Assembly (NCBI GenBank): GCA_964342815.1
Contig: CAYFHS010000047.1
Span: 1-21,448, forward strand
Direction of reading: 5' to 3'
Length of the DNA: 21,448 nucleotides
Source of the DNA: an uncultured archaeon
Lineage (GTDB): Archaea; Thermoplasmatota; Penumbrarchaeia; JASLWR01
The position numbers were made by a program, and so were the translations under genes. Below the pieces are notes generated by a model, which saw only the letters and a program-made list of their open reading frames with translations, searched no databases and was not told where the DNA came from. Positions 18,101-21,448 of the stretch are shown here, piece by piece. Positions within the stretch are counted from its first letter, which is position 1, and each line of letters opens with the position of its first letter.

Positions 18101-18587
18101 ACTGGGATATATCACAATTCTGGGAGACTGAGAGCTTGATGGCAGAGTGTGACTGGGGCGCGTTGCGAACGGTAAGAAGTTTGATGACCACCGAGTTGGC
18201 CGTTACGTATATTCCGGTTCCGGTACCTCCCGCATCGATTATCGTCCCATTCACGCTCTCCCCCTGGAGCGTAATTCCTTTGGATACCGTTACGTGCTCG
18301 GTGTAGATCCCGTTGTGAATAAAAACGGTGTCTCCGTGATTGGCGGCGTCCACACCTTGCGAAATCTTTTGAAACTGCTGGCCGCCTCCCGCGTCCACGT
18401 GTATGACCGCGCGGCTGCCGTTCGGGTTAATGTTATTTGCTTTCATTGGCTGCCGGAAGGGCTCCGGCGATGTATAAGAGACCGTGTTTTCATTCGTAAT
18501 CGAAATGCTGCAGGTGAAAAGAATCAAATTTATCAGTATCAGGGCCGATAGCAGAGCATTTCCATGATCACGCATGCAATTTCCCAT
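15138..18587 (-). CDS. Type I surface protein: beta-helix (NosD-like) - 3x cadherin-like/He_PIG Ig - further Ig/FN3-like domains - TM - Pro-rich/acidic tail, about 1149 aa
   Basis: Hydrophobic signal ALLSALILINLILFTCSISI; beta-helix ending in NNWWG; three N.PP.I....ED..Y...Y..TD...W...TNA..L....YG.P.N..VG units; TM LLTVIIVVTIILALIALFVVVTL plus QIKRKK. Alternative start at 18575. Confidence 0.9.
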   Translation of the reverse strand: MGNCMRDHGNALLSALILINLILFTCSISITNENTVSYTSPEPFRQPMKANNINPNGSRAVIHVDAGGGQQFQKISQGVDAANHGDTVFIHNGIYTEHVTVSKGITLQGESVNGTIIDAGGTGTGIYVTANSVVIKLLTVRNAPQSHSAIKLSVSQNCDISQCNITGNDEGITLWAAVSNTIHNNNISGNGGWNGGIYIENSNSNRVYENKITANDWVGIKLSGADDNGIDNNTVSNNSNGIMLYGASAGTDVHYNDIYGNDMWGVFVYNVNALQVDGRNNWWGNRSGPHHTTGNPQGTGDNVTDHVTFRPWLRSKRDNDAPVIDTPDITSILEDEYYNNEYTATDPNRDELEWEFGTNASWLHWGADNHTVYGRPDNSHVGNYWVRINVSDGQGGYTERNYTLTVENTDPVLLTPDIVTVKEDFYYHNNYNSTDDGQGNIRWSMDTNAAFLSMNERTGLLNGTPGNNDVGLWWVDVTVHDGNGGTANSHFVLEVTNINDPPVINTTDLTEVKQDDLYSVVYNATDIDPDDELHWFLLTNASWLQWGADNNTLYGTPDNGDVGTYNVSINVSDDSGEQDRRVFTLTVLNVNDPPDSAAILSPTNESVFFLGDIISFTGRGSDPDELHGDMLNCTWHSNVSGLLGYGENLSVPELEVGVHRIMFSVTDLAGRTANTTILLTVEEPVLEDFPESSLLSPEDGTVVETDAVNLTWVTDFYNPSLLEYDVLLGTSQDDMKLLTERQAGFNYTVMGLSDGETYYWTIIPRRDLFEGICASGVWSFTVKLAGNGGQDNGDIILTGPSMIVLYPGQKHTEKITISNNGSVNKSIKIVLYDGGLAGLSMDDGVELGPGDMKELELVLDISSNVMFGKYTVTVTASHASVHIEELTITVNVVKANGNGGKPSAVGETGEKAASDTLLTVIIVVTIILALIALFVVVTLQIKRKKMKNNSELVGAVRTDTVPPAGPSIRTAPPAPPSAAPELLKAPAPPSLAPLVFPEVPFTTPTVPVQPGSIEPPNTRSPGDSEVGTEQDEVDTPSRVPSGDGEAEAVHVPVGSAVADHTMNDTENMSDHELLDDDDESNGPEGRMDIPVHRSEDIERIFAGLPEAKIEIPGPLAGLESPTDTDDEVKVESELDDESIPVLIPIDNIL

Positions 18588-19163
18588 GCAATACCACTGG
18601 AGAAAGTAATAAGATATCGTCCTATTAATATTATCGGTTCAGGAAGGGGAGAATGCATCGTTCTATTGAAGAGGAGAAGATAGTCGATACCCTGAAGTTC
18701 GAGGCGAATGAATATCACTCAGCTGATCACGATGAGGGGGGACGGCGGAGGTGTTTTTCTCGATGGGAGGGATGGTGAGATCTCCATCCGCAGGAATCCC
18801 CTTCGGGTTCCTGGTTTGCTGTCTCCTCGGCAGGTATGCCTACGGACAAAGGCCGACCCAAGCTCCCTATTTTTACTTTGAAAACCAGAATGTTCTACGA
18901 AATTCTTACTTCAAACCCAATAACAGGGAGAAAGTAGGAGACACAAGTAGCTTAAGTAAAATTACTAATAAACTAAGAACAGCCCTTATATTCGATAAGA
19001 ATATTCCAATGCTACAAAATGGCCCTGGGGGTATCTAACCGCCAAGATCTCTTGGCCGGCTACAATGTTCCATCCTATTTCGTTCGGAACGCAGTGACCC
19101 CATTTCTATTATGGGCCGGGCCACCATTATAATTCTATATGTTGTTCCAGTCCCGGGGTTCTA

Positions 19164-20297
19164 ATGATGGGCGATGGCGATTTGCGAATACGCACGATGC
19201 GGCGGATGGAGATTGAAAAGGTGAGACGGCTCTTGAAGGGCATGTCGTTCCCAGACAAGATATTCTTCCCTGCGGAGTTCAAATCGAATCTGAAGCAGAT
19301 ACGGAAAGGGAAGGGTACGTGCCTAGTCGCTGTATTGGATGGAAAGATAGTCGGCATGATCGCGCTAAATTTTTCTATAATTCAGGGGAAGCGGCACGGT
19401 CTCATTGACATCGTCGCCACTGATAAGGACGCACGGAGCAAGGGCGTCGGCAAGTCACTATTGACAGCGGGTATGGCTTGGTACAAGCGGAAGGGATGCC
19501 GCGATGTTTATGCGTTTGTCAACAGGTACAACTCGCCGTCGTGGAACATGCTCACGCACTTCGGGTTCTTCGAATACAGCCTGTCCAGCCAGGTCAAGGA
19601 CCACGGGATTGCATCGCTCAAGCTCTGGCCCTTCATGTCGTACATCTTCGGCATCGGCGTCTTCAAGATGAAGAAGGAGTTCCCCGGCCAAAAGAAGCGC
19701 AAGACGAATTCGACTAGGCAGTTCATCACCGCTTGGTTCATCACGTCGCTCATCTGGATGCTGGTCGCTTTTCGGAAAGGATTCTCCGCTGGCCTCTTCC
19801 CATATGTCTTGCTCATCGCCGGCTTGAGCATGCTGGCTACCGAGCTCGCGCATGTAGCCATGGCACGAAGACACGGCCTTCGGATGGTCTTCAGAGCGTG
19901 GTATCCTGGCCTATTACTAAGCATCCTCATCGTGTCAATCGAAGGGATGTGGCTTGCCTATGGCTCGGTATACATTCGGCAGACTGACTGGAATTACGTC
20001 AAGGACACCAAGACGAATGGTGCCATATACGTGATGGGGCCGATAGCTAACATCATGATGATTCTCGCGTGCGCCATGCTCATCCCGTTCGCAGGCAGCC
20101 AGCAGTACGTAGACATGCTGACGCTGGGTTATGAAATGAACATACTCATGACTATCCTTAACTTGTTGCCTATAGCTGGCCCAGGTGGATTTGCGTGGGA
20201 TGGGATGAAAATATTCCGGTGGAATAAGCTCATTTGGCTCGCGATAGTCGTCGCTCTTGCGGCGATAATCGTGACACGTCGCATCGGCGCCTTCTAG
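19164..20297 (+). CDS. GNAT acetyltransferase fused to a site-2-protease (M50)-like membrane domain with a non-canonical TELAH motif, 377 aa
   Basis: GNAT motif A IVATDKDARSKGVGKSLL and N.PSWNML.HFGF. The C-terminal half has several TMs, LATELAH, MGPIAN and NLLPIAGPGGFAWDG (M50 NxxPxxxxDG-type motif). Confidence 0.85.
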   Translation: MMGDGDLRIRTMRRMEIEKVRRLLKGMSFPDKIFFPAEFKSNLKQIRKGKGTCLVAVLDGKIVGMIALNFSIIQGKRHGLIDIVATDKDARSKGVGKSLLTAGMAWYKRKGCRDVYAFVNRYNSPSWNMLTHFGFFEYSLSSQVKDHGIASLKLWPFMSYIFGIGVFKMKKEFPGQKKRKTNSTRQFITAWFITSLIWMLVAFRKGFSAGLFPYVLLIAGLSMLATELAHVAMARRHGLRMVFRAWYPGLLLSILIVSIEGMWLAYGSVYIRQTDWNYVKDTKTNGAIYVMGPIANIMMILACAMLIPFAGSQQYVDMLTLGYEMNILMTILNLLPIAGPGGFAWDGMKIFRWNKLIWLAIVVALAAIIVTRRIGAF

Positions 20298-20445
20298 AAT
20301 ATTTATCGCAATCGTGATAGGGATTTCCACCTGGGTTCACTATGTAATCGAGACAATGGGCCGAAAGATAACAAATATAATCCTGATCCGCGGTTCCGGA
20401 GGGAGACCTGTGGTTTTAATAAGGGAATGCTAATTCGCAATTATT

Positions 20446-20543
20446 TCGCATAATGCCTTGCAAGTTGGCGAAGTTCCGAGCAAAGCGAGGAATTTGGGTG
20501 GAGGGCGTCAAGCCCGAGAGCCGCTAATTTGCTAGTTATGCGA
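20446..20543. mobile_element. attC-like integron cassette recombination site (98 bp)
   Basis: Terminal 8-bp IR TCGCATAA...TTATGCGA containing GCATAAT and GTTATGC cores; inner arms GCAAGTTGGCG/CGCTAATTTGC; internal hairpins AAGTTCC/GGAATTT and GGGC/GCCC. Confidence 0.6.
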
Positions 20544-20691
20544 CGCCGTTAGGTCCGAGCATCGGAGGGGGGCAGTAGTCCCCCGAGAAGCGCAAGCTTT
20601 TCGGAATCACTATTAAGATAGAAACTCTTTTATCAAACAAAATTTTAATGTAAAAAAAAATCTTCGTTAAACAAGGGAGATGTTTGCATCC

Positions 20692-21360
20692 AAACCAACA
20701 TGAATTGAATAAATTATTACTAATCAAGATTCATCAATCTTTTAAACATTTTCTTAGTAGGGTTATTATCTTTTCAGATTGATTTAAAGGTATTCTACAG
20801 TAGCTTTTTCCTACTAGTGGCTTTTTTAATACAATTATGTGTTTACTCCATCTTGCATTTATCTTTTTTCGTTTATAATTTAAAATTTTTTTTCTGAGAT
20901 AACTTAATTCTTTGTTATTTACGAATAGGGGATCCACGATTATTTTATCGATTTTTTCAAAAGGATAATATTTAAATCCCAATTCCCACCCCTTATAACC
21001 AATACCTAATTTCCAAAAATGTGTTGTTTTAAAACCATTCTCAAATATTCGAAATATATCGCCCATAAATACAATAGATACTAGAAAGAAAAAAACTGAA
21101 ATTAAGAAAAAAATTCCTGTAAAAGATATAATCCATGGGCCTCCTAATAAAGTTATAGCAAAACAGAATAGTGCAATAAATCCACAAAAGATACCTAAAA
21201 AGCGATACATAGTAACACTATGTTTATCAGATACTAAAGAATAATTATCATATAGTAATTTACCTTTTTTCCTTATAGATGAAGTAGTACTCATTATTAC
21301 ACCAAGGGTCCTTCGCTAAACGTTGGGTTTCTTTTATTTAAATTCAATTCATGTTAGTTT
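20692..21360. repeat. 19-bp inverted repeat pair (18/19) bracketing the AT-rich gene
   Basis: 20692-20710 AAACCAACATGAATTGAAT; 21342-21360 ATTCAATTCATGTTAGTTT (reverse complement AAACTAACATGAATTGAAT). Confidence 0.8.
20734..21294 (-). CDS. Hypothetical membrane protein (2 TM plus basic cytoplasmic domain), 186 aa, AT-rich; probable cassette cargo
   Basis: Two adjacent hydrophobic helices (FLGIFCGFIALFCFAITLL; IISFTGIFFLISVFFFLVSIVF) and a Lys-rich C-terminal domain. The frame stays open over 561 nt at roughly 27-30% GC, which is unlikely by chance. Confidence 0.8.
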   Translation of the reverse strand: MSTTSSIRKKGKLLYDNYSLVSDKHSVTMYRFLGIFCGFIALFCFAITLLGGPWIISFTGIFFLISVFFFLVSIVFMGDIFRIFENGFKTTHFWKLGIGYKGWELGFKYYPFEKIDKIIVDPLFVNNKELSYLRKKILNYKRKKINARWSKHIIVLKKPLVGKSYCRIPLNQSEKIITLLRKCLKD

Positions 21361-21396
21361 TAATAAAATTTTTTGCTAAATATCAGTGATTTCGAA

Positions 21397-21448
21397 ATTT
21401 CGCATAAGTCCCCTATTTACGAATATAGAGTTCGGAAAAGGGGAGTTA
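21397..21448. mobile_element. Second attC-like hairpin, truncated by the window edge
   Basis: Begins with the same 11-mer ATTTCGCATAA as 20443-20453, then folds TAA-g-TCCCCT..TT..CGAA / TTCG..AA..AGGGGA-g-TTA up to the last base. Confidence 0.5.

Noticed and set aside
658-18551. Many long antisense or alternate-frame ORFs (e.g. 834-1589, 658-1125, 8569-9051, 13962-14513, 15484-16095)
   Set aside because: All lie within the large genes, show S/P-rich or mirror-codon composition, and carry no motifs.
18653-18778. 41-aa plus ORF MHRSIEEEKIVDTLKFEANEY... after a purine-rich AGGAAGGGGAG
   Set aside because: Short, with no recognisable family, and it degrades after a G6 run; cannot be supported as a gene without homologues.
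18785-18868. SRP-RNA-like or other ncRNA (minus strand ACCTGCCGA...CCAGG..CCGAAGGG)
   Set aside because: Lacks the helix-8 AGCA side and the complementary GGCAGG strand, and is too short. An Rfam scan would settle it.
18751-19038. 95-aa track ORF
   Set aside because: A GTG start in a GC-rich structured stretch runs across the GC break into AT-rich sequence, so it looks like a chimeric reading. Only its 3' part is kept as a possible remnant.
19033-19147. Third complete attC site
   Set aside because: ATCTAAC is a perfect left core, but the only right candidate (GTTGTTC) is not complementary and the arms do not form one long stem. Not listed as a feature.
20443-20470. Canonical dif/pdif site
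   Set aside because: ATTTCGCATAA resembles a XerC arm, but no TTAT-type partner arm follows a 6-bp spacer in either copy; the partner lies about 40-85 bp away, as in attC.
20562-20586. TCGGAGGGGGG hairpin as a group II intron domain V/VI end
   Set aside because: No AGC/CGC catalytic-triad domain V hairpin precedes it and there is no RT gene; just a GC stem-loop.
20536-20727. 63-aa minus ORF whose stop falls in GCATAAC
   Set aside because: TTG start, no SD, crosses an A9 run and a GC hairpin, and has no protein-like character.

Overview
This 21.4-kb window looks archaeal. It has GAGGTGA/GGTGA Shine-Dalgarno sites, TTTATATA boxes, sequon-rich surface proteins and a COG3398-like double wHTH. 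Thermoplasmatota is plausible but is inferred from gene style only. About 85% of the window is five very large membrane-anchored surface proteins: (1) an N-anchored VIT-vWA (ITIH-like) protein; (2) a beta-helix/4xPKD/TSP3-TM-double-wHTH fusion, i.e. a membrane-tethered transcription factor; (3) a second VIT-vWA protein with a 44-aa (QG)n insert; (4) a papain-family C1A protease with lectin/Ig/PKD stalk and a cytoplasmic Zn ribbon; (5) a beta-helix/cadherin-like adhesin. An AT-rich rhomboid gene lies between the first two. Three things are not in the ORF track: a 54-aa CxxC-x17-CxxC gene (137-301, minus), a 21-bp promoter element (ATTG-N3-CAAT abutting a TATA box) shared by the tethered regulator and VIT-vWA-1, and two attC-like hairpins at the right end. 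Those hairpins sit beside a GNAT-M50 fusion (HExxH changed to TExxH) and flank an AT-rich membrane-protein gene. The leading hypotheses are an autoregulated surface-sensing circuit activated by intramembrane proteolysis, and the edge of an archaeal integron-like cassette array. No rRNA, tRNA, CRISPR array, transposase or integrase was recognised. All GC figures are hand estimates.
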